This document shows, in pieces, positions 1 to 7,948 of a stretch of DNA of 64,000 nucleotides. Every line of letters begins with the position of its first letter. Within the stretch, counting starts at the first letter, position 1. The notes below the pieces were generated by a model that worked only from the letters and a program-made list of their open reading frames with translations, did not search any database and was not told where the DNA came from. Source of the stretch: an uncultured Bacteroidales bacterium (GTDB lineage: Bacteria > Bacteroidota > Bacteroidia > Bacteroidales > Muribaculaceae); assembly GCA_949289215.1 (NCBI GenBank), contig CASENC010000038.1, positions 22,319-86,318 on the forward strand. Reading direction: 5' to 3'. Position numbers and translations under genes: made by a program.

Positions 1-430
1 GTTTGTGAGTGAAGTGCGCGATTGCGGTGCCGAGATAATGAATGTGCACTATGAGGCGTGTACGCACCTTAACCGCACTGTGCAGCAAATCAAGGCTGCC
101 GGGATGAAAGCCGGTGTGACGCTTAATCCGGCAACTCCGGTGTGTATGCTCCGTGACATAATATCCGAGCTTGACTTGGTGTTGCTCATGTCGGTAAATC
201 CCGGTTTCGGCGGACAGAAATTCATCCACGGTACTTTGCGCAAGCTTGCCGACTTGCGTGCATTGATAGCCGAAACAGGATCGAAAGCACTTGTAGAAAT
301 TGATGGCGGCGTGAACTTAGAGACGGGCAAGTTGCTGGCCGGGGCAGGAGCCGACATATTGGTCGCAGGCAATTATGTGTTCAGTGCCGAAGACCCTGCT
401 GCCGCAATTCACGGCTTGAAACAGCTGTAA
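1..430 (+). CDS. rpe: ribulose-phosphate 3-epimerase, C-terminal part (5' end lies outside the window)
   Basis: The reading frame is open from the window edge. Motifs LVLLMSVNPGFGGQKF and EIDGGVN are typical of the Rpe TIM barrel. Confidence 0.85.
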   Translation, partial: FVSEVRDCGAEIMNVHYEACTHLNRTVQQIKAAGMKAGVTLNPATPVCMLRDIISELDLVLLMSVNPGFGGQKFIHGTLRKLADLRALIAETGSKALVEIDGGVNLETGKLLAGAGADILVAGNYVFSAEDPAAAIHGLKQL

Positions 431-491
431 TGTGATATTGCAATGGCAAAAAAAAGTTGCATCGGCTATTGCGATATTGAAAAATAACCCT

Positions 492-499
492 TAACTTTG
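492..499 (+). promoter_or_regulatory. Bacteroides-type -7 box TAACTTTG upstream of tRNA-Ser
   Basis: Exact match to TAnnTTTG, 25 nt upstream of tRNA position 1. No clean -33 TTTG was seen. Confidence 0.4.
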
Positions 500-523
500 C
501 ACTCGCAATTGCGAAAGTGCAAT

Positions 524-610
524 GGAAAGATGCCGGAGTGGCCGAACGGGGCGGTCTCGAAAACCGTTATACAGGTAACTGTATCCAGGGTTCGAATCCC
601 TGTCTTTCCG
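524..610 (+). tRNA. tRNA-Ser (anticodon CGA), long variable arm; CCA not encoded
   Basis: Folded by hand. Acceptor GGAAAGA/TCTTTCC, D stem CCG/CGG, anticodon stem GCGGT/ACCGT with loop CTCGAAA, variable-arm stem ATACAG/CTGTAT, T arm CAGGG-TTCGAAT-CCCTG, discriminator G. Confidence 0.93.
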
Positions 611-618
611 CAAAGCAA

Positions 619-664
619 CGAAACACCGCAGACAATTCAAGTGTGCGGTGTTTCGCTGTTTTTT
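619..664 (+). terminator. rho-independent terminator after tRNA-Ser
   Basis: 12-bp stem CGAAACACCGCA/TGCGGTGTTTCG (619-630 / 644-655) followed by CTGTTTTTT. Confidence 0.7.
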
Positions 665-703
665 GCCCTTAGTGGTTAGTCTTAAAAAACTTTTGTCGGG
701 GCA

Positions 704-738
704 TTTGGGTGTGTTAAAGAGAAATTTTTGTATGTTTG
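704..738 (+). promoter_or_regulatory. candidate Bacteroides-type promoter (TTTG 704-707; TATGTTTG 731-738)
   Basis: Exact TAnnTTTG box with an upstream TTTG 23 nt away, slightly longer than the usual 19-21 nt. It overlaps the 728 start in the ORF track, which argues for a downstream start codon. Confidence 0.4.
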
Positions 739-751
739 TGGAGTTATTAAA

Positions 752-1627
752 ATGTTTATGAAAATGGGAAAATATTTTGTTGTGGTGTTGTCGGCAATTG
801 TGCTTGCCGCTTGTTCGGGAAAAAACGGAACTGTGACCGACAACAATGGGGTGGGAGTTACTGATTTTGAGATTGGTATTGTTGAAAAATCGTTGGCTGC
901 CGATTACTTGTGTGAAGGCGATGCGACTTTTGGCGACAGTGTGAAGCTTTACACGAGAACTCATGTCACTTTGCAGTGGCCCGAAAAACTCGGCAATGCC
1001 GATGTCAAGCCCTTGCAAGACACTTTGTTGGCACGGTGTTTCGGTAATGAACGGCCGACGTCGGTTGATGAGGCAATGAGCCGTTATGTGGCCGATCCTG
1101 TAACCATGGACGACGGCAGCAGGCTTGTGCGTGTGGATTCCGTTCCCGATGTCGATATTGATGTGCGCATATTGGAGCGTAGCATCGACGTGAATGTACT
1201 CAGTGTCAACAGCCGTTATGCCGCATTTGAAATATATGGCTATATGTATGGCGGCGGAGCGCACCCGGTTTACTCGTCTTCGTTTGTGAATTTTGATGTT
1301 GCCGAAGGAAAGGTGCTGGGGTTTGACGACATAGTGCTGCCCGGACGGACAGCTGATTTGACGGAGGCCGTTAGGAGTGCATTGCGCGAGCAATATAATG
1401 CCACTACCGATGAGCAACTTCTTGAATTGGCAGGCATAAACGCTGGAGCCGTAGATTTTTCATTGCAGTCGCCTATGTTTTATTTAGATGGCAGCAATGT
1501 GGTGTTTTATTTCAACCCCTATGAAATAGGTCCTTGGGCAATCGGGGCTGTATCGGTGTCGCTGCCGTGGTATTCGCTCGACACACTTGTGCGGCACGAG
1601 GTGCTTGACTTGCTCGGTTGGCATTAA
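752..1627 (+). CDS. DUF3298/RsiV-like lipoprotein (start could also be 758 or 764)
   Basis: Lipoprotein signal VVVLSAIVLAACSG. The C-terminal FYFNPYEIGPWAIGAVSVSLPW resembles the DUF3298 signature. Confidence 0.6.
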   Translation: MFMKMGKYFVVVLSAIVLAACSGKNGTVTDNNGVGVTDFEIGIVEKSLAADYLCEGDATFGDSVKLYTRTHVTLQWPEKLGNADVKPLQDTLLARCFGNERPTSVDEAMSRYVADPVTMDDGSRLVRVDSVPDVDIDVRILERSIDVNVLSVNSRYAAFEIYGYMYGGGAHPVYSSSFVNFDVAEGKVLGFDDIVLPGRTADLTEAVRSALREQYNATTDEQLLELAGINAGAVDFSLQSPMFYLDGSNVVFYFNPYEIGPWAIGAVSVSLPWYSLDTLVRHEVLDLLGWH

Positions 1628-1666
1628 TAGTGGGCGTGATAATTGGCATTTTGCCGATTTTATGTG

Positions 1667-1674
1667 TAATTTTG
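1667..1674 (+). promoter_or_regulatory. -7 box TAATTTTG upstream of the aminotransferase gene
   Basis: Exact TAnnTTTG, 22 nt upstream of the ATG at 1696. Confidence 0.35.
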
Positions 1675-1695
1675 CAGCAAATTAATTTTATAGAC

Positions 1696-2889
1696 ATGGA
1701 GCATATATCTGAAAGGATTAAGGCAATGTCGCCGTCGGCAACGTTGGCGATGTCGCAGAAGAGCAACGAGCTGAAGGCTCAAGGTGTGGATGTGATCAAC
1801 CTTTCGGTGGGAGAACCCGACTTTTTCACCCCCGACCATATAAAAGAGGCCGCAAAGCGAGCCATCGATGACAATTTCTCGTTTTATTCTCCCGTACCCG
1901 GCTACTTGTCGTTGCGCAAGGCCATTTGTGCGAAATTGAAACGTGAAAACGGCCTTGATTTCGCTTCCGAGCAGATAATCGTGTCAAACGGTGCAAAGCA
2001 ATCGTTGTGCAACTGCATTCTTGCTGCCGTCAATCCCGGCGACGAGGTGATTATCCCCACTCCGGCATGGGTGAGCTATGTGGAGATGGTGAAACTTGCC
2101 GAGGGTAAATGTGTGCTTGTGCCTGCCTCGCTTGAACAGGATTTCAAGATTACTCCCGAACAACTTGCTGCGGCCATCACGCCGCGCACCCGCATGGTGC
2201 TGCTTTGCTCGCCGTCGAATCCCACGGGCAGCGTGTATTCGCGCGACGAATTGAAAGCTCTTGCCGATGTGATTGCCGCTCACCCCGATATCTTGGTGCT
2301 TGCCGACGAGATATATGAACATATCAATTACACCGGCGAGTTTAATTCCATCGCTCAGTTTGAAAATATACGCGACCGTGTGGCAATTGTTAACGGTGTG
2401 TCGAAGGCATATGCAATGACGGGTTGGCGTATTGGGTTCCTTGCCGCTCCACTGTGGCTTGCCAAGGCTTGCAATAAGTTGCAGGGCCAATACACATCGG
2501 GGGCGTCATCGATAGCCCAAAAGGCTGCCGAAGAGGCTTATGTGGGTCCGCAGGATTGTGTCGAAGATATGCGCCGAGCCTTCGAGCGTCGTCGTGATTT
2601 GATTGTTTCGTTGTTGAAAGAAATTCCGGGATTGAAAATAGGCAATCCCGAGGGTGCATTTTATGTGTTCCCCGAAGTGTCGGCTTATATAGGTAAGAGC
2701 TACGGCGGCCACACCATAACCACGTCGGGCGACCTGGCCCTGTACCTGCTCGACGAGGCACACGTTGCCACCGTCGATGGTGCGGCATTCTGTGCTCCCG
2801 GTTACATTCGCATGAGCTATGCCACAAGCGACGACAACATTCGCGAGGCGGCAAAGCGCATAGCCTCGGCACTTGCAAAGTTGCAGTGA
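1696..2889 (+). CDS. class I/II PLP aminotransferase, aspartate aminotransferase-like
   Basis: INLSVGEPDF near the N-terminus, PLP-lysine motif NGVSKAYAMTGWRIG, and IRMSYATS near the C-terminus. The track start at 1618 is a hydrophobic upstream extension that overlaps the previous gene. Confidence 0.85.
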   Translation: MEHISERIKAMSPSATLAMSQKSNELKAQGVDVINLSVGEPDFFTPDHIKEAAKRAIDDNFSFYSPVPGYLSLRKAICAKLKRENGLDFASEQIIVSNGAKQSLCNCILAAVNPGDEVIIPTPAWVSYVEMVKLAEGKCVLVPASLEQDFKITPEQLAAAITPRTRMVLLCSPSNPTGSVYSRDELKALADVIAAHPDILVLADEIYEHINYTGEFNSIAQFENIRDRVAIVNGVSKAYAMTGWRIGFLAAPLWLAKACNKLQGQYTSGASSIAQKAAEEAYVGPQDCVEDMRRAFERRRDLIVSLLKEIPGLKIGNPEGAFYVFPEVSAYIGKSYGGHTITTSGDLALYLLDEAHVATVDGAAFCAPGYIRMSYATSDDNIREAAKRIASALAKLQ

Positions 2890-3018
2890 CCACTTTGCCC
2901 ACACGCGTGCGGCAGGTTCCCTGATGAGAAAGATATATTTGATTTTTAGATAGACAGGCGTGAAATTTTGCGCCTCGATGAAAGTCACGAAGTGTAACAT
3001 TTTAAGTTGGCAATCATC

Positions 3019-3033
3019 GAGACGCAAAATTTT
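3019..3033. repeat. truncated half-copy of the GAGACGCAAAATTTTGCGTCTC palindrome family
   Basis: GAGACGCAAAATTTT matches the left 15 nt of the 22-nt palindrome seen three times at 40.8-40.9 kb. The right arm is degenerate. It is followed by a C6A8 tract (3040-3053). Confidence 0.5.
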
Positions 3034-3181
3034 TTCATGCCCCCCAAAAAAAATACGAGTAAGCGTAATTTTTAATATAAGTGTGAGCGAAATTGTGAAA
3101 TAACGTTGAGAATAAGCGCGGAGGCAAGTAAGATTTTGCAGATGGTCTGATATTTTAGATGAAACAAAAAAAATTGTGATT

Positions 3182-4390
3182 ATGACATCGGTAAAACTTA
3201 AATTCAGGCCATCGACGAATTCCGAAAAAGAGGGGTCGTTGATATTTCAGTTGATTCACGGGCGCACGGTGCGTAGAATCAATAGTAACTATAAAATTTT
3301 TAATGATGAATGGGACGGGGCAAACGGACGTGTCATATTGCCGCCTGCTTCTTCTCCTCGCCATGCCCCGTTGTCGCTTGTTTGTGCCAATGTGGAATGG
3401 GAAATACGGCGGTTGCGGAATATTGCCGAAGAACTGGAACATTCGGGCGATGAATGGAACCTGGAAGAGGTTTCCCGGCGGTTTGTGCCCTGTTCGGATA
3501 CGGGCTGTAGTGTGTTTAATTTTATCCATGCCCAAATCCTTAGGAAGAAACAATTGGGCAAAATGCGTTCCGGCGAGACTTATCAGGCCACATTGAATAG
3601 GTTCATGCGCTTCCGTAAAGGAATTGACCTGACATTTGACATGATGGATGCCGAACTGATGGAATTGTATGAGGCTGAAATGCTCAAACAGGGCTTGTCG
3701 CGCAACACCACATCGTTTTATATGCGCATCTTGCGTACCAATTACCGGCTTGCCGTGGAAAAAGGGTTTACGCACGACAACCGCCCCTTCAAGAATGTGT
3801 ATTGTGGCATGGACAAGACTGTGAAGCGGTGCATTACGCTTAGCGAAATCAAAAGGATAAAAGACCTTGACCTGTCGCGGCAGCCTGCGCTGGATTTTGC
3901 ACGCGATATGTTCATGTTCAGCTTCTACACGCGCGGTATGTCGTTTGTCGATATGGCTTACCTTAAAAAGACCGATTTGAAGAATGGCTTCTTGTCTTAC
4001 AGGAGGAAGAAAACCGGGCAACTGCTCACTATCGAGTGGACCGAACAGATGAAAAACATTTTTGAGAAGTACAAACCTAATCGCTCCCAATACCTGTTGC
4101 CCATCATTACCAAGGAAGACGGAACCGAGCGCCGGCAGTATCAGAATCAGATGAAAAGAATCAACCGCAAGTTGAAAGATGTTTCTGTTTCGGCAAAATT
4201 GGCAATATCATTGTCGCTTTATTACAGCCGCCACAGTTGGGCCACTATCGCGCGAGAGAAAGGAATTCCCTTGTCGGTAATCAGCGAGGGGCTTGGCCAT
4301 AACTCTGAAACTACCACGCAAATCTATCTCGATTCGATAAAGTCGAGTGAAGTTGACAAGGCAAACCGGAAAATCATGAAAGACCTTTGA
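3182..4390 (+). CDS. tyrosine site-specific recombinase (phage-integrase family, Bacteroides type)
   Basis: The C-terminal catalytic region YYSRHSWATIAREKGIPLSVISEGLGHNSETTTQIYL carries the HxxR...H...Y signature. The N-terminal SAM-like domain is typical of Bacteroidetes integrases. An alternative GTG start lies at 3176. Confidence 0.88.
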   Translation: MTSVKLKFRPSTNSEKEGSLIFQLIHGRTVRRINSNYKIFNDEWDGANGRVILPPASSPRHAPLSLVCANVEWEIRRLRNIAEELEHSGDEWNLEEVSRRFVPCSDTGCSVFNFIHAQILRKKQLGKMRSGETYQATLNRFMRFRKGIDLTFDMMDAELMELYEAEMLKQGLSRNTTSFYMRILRTNYRLAVEKGFTHDNRPFKNVYCGMDKTVKRCITLSEIKRIKDLDLSRQPALDFARDMFMFSFYTRGMSFVDMAYLKKTDLKNGFLSYRRKKTGQLLTIEWTEQMKNIFEKYKPNRSQYLLPIITKEDGTERRQYQNQMKRINRKLKDVSVSAKLAISLSLYYSRHSWATIAREKGIPLSVISEGLGHNSETTTQIYLDSIKSSEVDKANRKIMKDL

Positions 4391-4400
4391 CGGCTTTTTG

Positions 4401-4453
4401 TGTTTCACAAAAATAAGCATCTCCTAATGGGAGACGGCCATTTTTGTGAAACA
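4401..4453. repeat. nested 53-nt palindrome immediately 3' of the recombinase gene
   Basis: Perfect 13-nt arms TGTTTCACAAAAA / TTTTTGTGAAACA (4401-4413 / 4441-4453) surround the mini-palindrome TCTCC-TAATG-GGAGA (4420-4434). Both are centred on position 4427. Confidence 0.85.
4420..4437. repeat. left inverted repeat (IR-L) TCTCCTAATGGGAGACGG
   Basis: 17 of 18 nt are complementary to 4593-4610. Confidence 0.85.
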
Positions 4454-4572
4454 ATTAAAAATTAGTTGTTTATTGTATCAGAAAAGTAAGAAATAGTGAA
4501 ACAAACGGGTTGTTGTTACATGAAAAACGTAAATAAAATCGCTAAAAATGAGTATGGAATGAAATTATTTAG

Positions 4573-4580
4573 TACCTTTG
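4573..4580 (+). promoter_or_regulatory. -7 box TACCTTTG inside the IR-bracketed segment, facing the capsule locus
   Basis: Exact TAnnTTTG, 12 nt upstream of IR-R. No convincing -33 TTTG at the expected spacing. Confidence 0.4.
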
Positions 4581-4592
4581 TGACGTGAAAGT

Positions 4593-4610
4593 CCGTCTCC
4601 CATTAGGGGA
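4593..4610. repeat. right inverted repeat (IR-R) CCGTCTCCCATTAGGGGA
   Basis: Reverse complement TCCCCTAATGGGAGACGG differs from IR-L at one position. Confidence 0.85.
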
Positions 4611-4994
4611 CGGCCGTTTAGCCCACTATGTAGTTGAGTTTCGTTACTTATTGCATAGCCAGTATAGCAGAAGATGATGGGTGAGTACATAAGCATTTGT
4701 ATATATATGATGTGTCATGTGTAACTACTTGTAATACTGCAACTTAATATAGATTGCAGGATTAAAAGAAATGCATCTTGCTGAAGTATTGGCCGATTTG
4801 AGTCCGGCATACTTATCCCCCCTTATTCATATTAGTAACTTATCCACTCTTGGACAAAATAGGATTCCAATATTGTTTCCACGGCAGACGGGAAACGCAG
4901 ATATGGAATGTTTCAAGGATGTAGATAGAAATTGTGTGTCATTGCATTGCGCCCGATCCATCGGAGCGTAAAGCTTTATCTCCCCCTTTATATT

Positions 4995-5426
4995 ATGGTC
5001 ATCGCCGTGGATTTTGACGGGACAATCGTTGAGCACCGTTATCCTGAAATAGGTAAAGAGCTGCCTTTCGCCATTGCCACCCTGAAGAAATTGCAGGCCG
5101 AACGGCACTTGCTGATATTATGGACTGTGCGTGAAGGAAAATTGCTTGACGAGGCCGTTGAATTTTGCCGCCGGCGAGGATTGGAATTCTATGCAGTCAA
5201 TGCCAATAATCCCGACGAGCAGGTTCCTTCACACCCCTCGTGCCCTTGCCGCAAATTGCAAGCCGACCTGTTCATCGACGACCGCAACGTGGGCAAGCTC
5301 CCCGACTGGGGCGCCATCTACGAGATGGTCCACAACCACCTGAGCTACCGCCGCTACCTGGCAAGCCTTGATGCAAACTGCGGTGATGACAAGAAGTCTT
5401 TCTGGCAACGCCTGATAGGAAAATGA
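4995..5426 (+). CDS. small HAD-superfamily-like hydrolase of unknown function
   Basis: N-terminal MVIAVDFDGTIVE is a DxDGT nucleophile motif. A later FIDDRN may be motif IV. The start was chosen at the DxD-proximal ATG rather than the track start at 4932. Confidence 0.55.
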   Translation: MVIAVDFDGTIVEHRYPEIGKELPFAIATLKKLQAERHLLILWTVREGKLLDEAVEFCRRRGLEFYAVNANNPDEQVPSHPSCPCRKLQADLFIDDRNVGKLPDWGAIYEMVHNHLSYRRYLASLDANCGDDKKSFWQRLIGK

Positions 5427-5433
5427 GAATATT

Positions 5434-6484
5434 ATGCAGAAGGTTAGGCAATCAAATATAGAATTGTTGCGGATTGTAGCCATGTTTTTAGTATTGGTCG
5501 TTCATGCTGATTTTTTGGCATTGAATATACCTACGCATGACGAAATGGCTACAGAACCATTGTCATCGACTGTACGACTGTTTATGCAGTCTATTTCTAT
5601 TGTATGCGCCAATGTATTTGTGCTGATATCCGGCTGGTTTGGAATCCGGCCGAGTGTCAAAGGTGTATGCAAGTTCCTTTTCCAATGTTTCTTCTTCCTT
5701 TTGGGCGCTTATGTATTTTTCTATTTCTATAACGGGACAAGGTTAAGTTTCGACTACTTGTTTATGAAGGGGGATTATTGGTTCGTCAAGTCGTATATAG
5801 GTCTTCTAATTGTTGCACCGTTAATGAATGCTTTCATAGAGCGTGCGACGAAAAAACAGCTGATGGTATGGCTGATATGTTTTTATGTATTTCAGTCTAT
5901 ATATGGAGGGTTTGTCTCTCATGGAGCGGATTTTTTTATGGGAGGGTATTCTACTATTTCATTTATGGGATTGTATGTTTTAGCTCGTTATGTGAGATTG
6001 TATCCCCCTTCATTTAAGGCAACAACCTATATTGGTATATATTTTATAATCGCAGTTTGTATGACATTCTTATCAGTAATGTTATATAAATACATAGGAA
6101 ACCCCGACATCGTTGAAAAACTTGTGGGTAAATTGGTGGCTTGCTATACGAATCCATTGACGGTATTGGCTTCATTGTGTCTGTTGCTGGCATTTTCAAA
6201 AATGCAATTCCACTCTAAATTTATCAATTGGATGGCTGCATCAAGTTTTGCGGTTTATTTGTTGCAATGGACTTGTTTTTGGTGATTATTTGACTTTGTG
6301 TAGAGCTATATATGAAAGATACGATCACATTATTTATCTCTCATTGATTTTTGCGACGCTTTCAGGTGTTTTCCTGTTCTCAATTATAGTTGATCAAATC
6401 AGAATTTTTTGTTGGAAATACTTGGAAAGGCCGATAATGAGAATACAAAGTCGATGTGATGTCTTTGAAAAGAAGAATGGTTGA
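5434..6484 (+). pseudogene. acyltransferase family 3 (O-acetyltransferase-like) membrane protein, interrupted by a +1 frame break near 6276-6285
   Basis: N-terminal IELLRIVAMFLVLVVHADF and SFAVYLLQ are Acyl_transf_3-like. The frame ends at 6285 and the hydrophobic C-terminus continues in the +1 frame (6248-6484). A T5 run lies at 6276-6280, and removing one T fuses the frames into about 350 aa. Confidence 0.65.
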
Positions 6485-6505
6485 TTTTTGTAGGGGAATC
6501 TTCTG

Positions 6506-7942
6506 ATGTCGGAATTAAAGGAAAAGACCGTAAAAGGGGTGATGTGGAGCAGTATCGACCGCTTCTCCACGCAAGGCATACAGTTTGTTTTCAGCATATT
6601 GATTGCACGGCTGTTGCTGCCCGAGGATTACGGAGTGGTGGCGATGTTGAATATCTTCATGTCGGTTTCACAGAAATTTATCGACAGCGGATTCAGCACG
6701 GCTTTAATCAGAAAATCGGATAGAACAGATATTGATTTCTCTACTGTCTTCTATTTCAATATTGCAGTAAGCATCTTTTTCTATGCCGCATTATGGATTG
6801 CTTCGCCTTACATTGCCGCATTTTATAACATACCGCTATTGGAAGATGTTACCAAGGTTGTGGCTCTCAACCTGGTTATTTCATCATTTGCTGGTATTCA
6901 AAGTGCCAAGCTCACCATTGCCATTAATTTTAAGAGTCGTGCAATAATATCGGTCTCGTCAACTGTGCTGACAGGTTCCGTAGGATTGTGGATGGCATAT
7001 AACGGCTATGGTGTATGGGCTTTAGTCTTTCAGTCTATTTTCGGCTCATTGTTTTGCACCGTAATGCTTTGGCTTTTTGTTCGCTGGATGCCTCGGTTGG
7101 CTTTCTCATGGAAATCATTTCGAGAGCTGTTTTCGTTTGGTTCAAAGTTGCTTGCATCGGGGCTGCTCGACACCATATATAATAATGTATATACGCTGGT
7201 CATCGGAAAATTCTTCTCATCGTCGGCATTGGGTGTGTATTCCCGGGCTGACGGATTGGCACAATATCCTTCATCGAATATTACAAATGTGCTCCAGGGG
7301 GTTACGTTTCCGGTATTATGTTCCATCCAGAATGATATGGAACGCTTGGCCAATGCTTATAAACGTTTTTTGCGCCTTTCGGCTTTCGTAGTGTTTCCCT
7401 TGATGGTGGGGCTGGCTGCGGTGGCCGACCCATTGATACGGTTAGTACTAACCGACAAATGGGAAGGTGCCATATACTTGCTGCAAATTTTGTGCTTTTC
7501 AATGATGTGGTACCCAATACATGCCATTAACTTGAATTTGCTGCAAGTGAGGGGCCGCTCCGACTTTTTCCTTAAAGTGGAGGTTATAAAAAAAATACAA
7601 GGTGTCATTGTGCTTTGCGTCACCTTGCCGTTGGGTGTCGTCGCCATGTGTTATGGCCGAATTGTCGGCTCGTTGCTGTCTTTGATATACAACACTTATT
7701 ATACAAAGAAACTTATCGGTTACGGGTATTTTGCCCAAATGAAAGACCTGTTGCACATCCTGCTCCATTCGTTGGTTATGGGTGTGTGTGCATGGTCGGT
7801 TGTGCAAGCCTTTGATTCCCGGTGGTTGCAATTGACCGTCGGCATTCTGGCCGGTGCCGCCTATTATATAATCGGAGCCAAGCTGATGCGTTTCGAGGAA
7901 TTTGACGAATTGGTTTCATTGATTCGTAAAAAAGGAAAATAA
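6506..7942 (+). CDS. wzx: Wzx-type oligosaccharide flippase (MOP/polysaccharide biosynthesis protein family)
   Basis: 478-aa multi-TM protein. The N-terminus KGVMWSSIDRFSTQGIQFVFSILIARLLLPEDYGV is typical of RfbX/Wzx. Confidence 0.8.
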   Translation: MSELKEKTVKGVMWSSIDRFSTQGIQFVFSILIARLLLPEDYGVVAMLNIFMSVSQKFIDSGFSTALIRKSDRTDIDFSTVFYFNIAVSIFFYAALWIASPYIAAFYNIPLLEDVTKVVALNLVISSFAGIQSAKLTIAINFKSRAIISVSSTVLTGSVGLWMAYNGYGVWALVFQSIFGSLFCTVMLWLFVRWMPRLAFSWKSFRELFSFGSKLLASGLLDTIYNNVYTLVIGKFFSSSALGVYSRADGLAQYPSSNITNVLQGVTFPVLCSIQNDMERLANAYKRFLRLSAFVVFPLMVGLAAVADPLIRLVLTDKWEGAIYLLQILCFSMMWYPIHAINLNLLQVRGRSDFFLKVEVIKKIQGVIVLCVTLPLGVVAMCYGRIVGSLLSLIYNTYYTKKLIGYGYFAQMKDLLHILLHSLVMGVCAWSVVQAFDSRWLQLTVGILAGAAYYIIGAKLMRFEEFDELVSLIRKKGK

Positions 7943-7948
7943 AAATAT

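Larger units (their letters stand above)
4420..4610. other. candidate invertible DNA segment (promoter switch) for the downstream capsule operon
   Basis: The IR pair brackets about 155 bp. It lies next to a tyrosine recombinase and contains a TAnnTTTG box oriented toward the operon. Size and architecture resemble Bacteroides capsule promoter switches. Confidence 0.5.

Noticed and set aside
728-751. Upstream extensions of track ORFs: 728, 1618, 4932, 8989, 20198, 26859, 30005, 31009, 41304, 43175 and 53764.
   Set aside because: The extensions overlap the preceding gene or a predicted promoter, start at GTG/TTG, or add non-homologous residues before a clean family N-terminus or lipoprotein signal. 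Internal ATG starts were preferred.
3040-3053. The C6A8 homopolymer pair upstream of the recombinase gene as a phase-variable tract.
   Set aside because: It lies about 130 nt upstream of the start codon with no defined promoter element spanning it. Nothing in the sequence links its length to expression.
524-4390. tRNA-Ser plus a nearby integrase as the boundary of an integrated mobile element or prophage.
   Set aside because: Two ordinary housekeeping-type genes lie between the tRNA and the integrase. No direct repeat of the tRNA 3' end was seen, and no other mobility, phage or conjugation genes follow. The integrase is better explained as the recombinase of the adjacent IR-flanked switch.
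4771-4971. 66-aa ORF inside the capsule-operon leader as a small regulatory protein (UpxZ-like).
   Set aside because: It has no similarity to anything I recognise, an odd composition, and overlaps the hairpin region. The evidence is insufficient, so the region is treated as non-coding leader.
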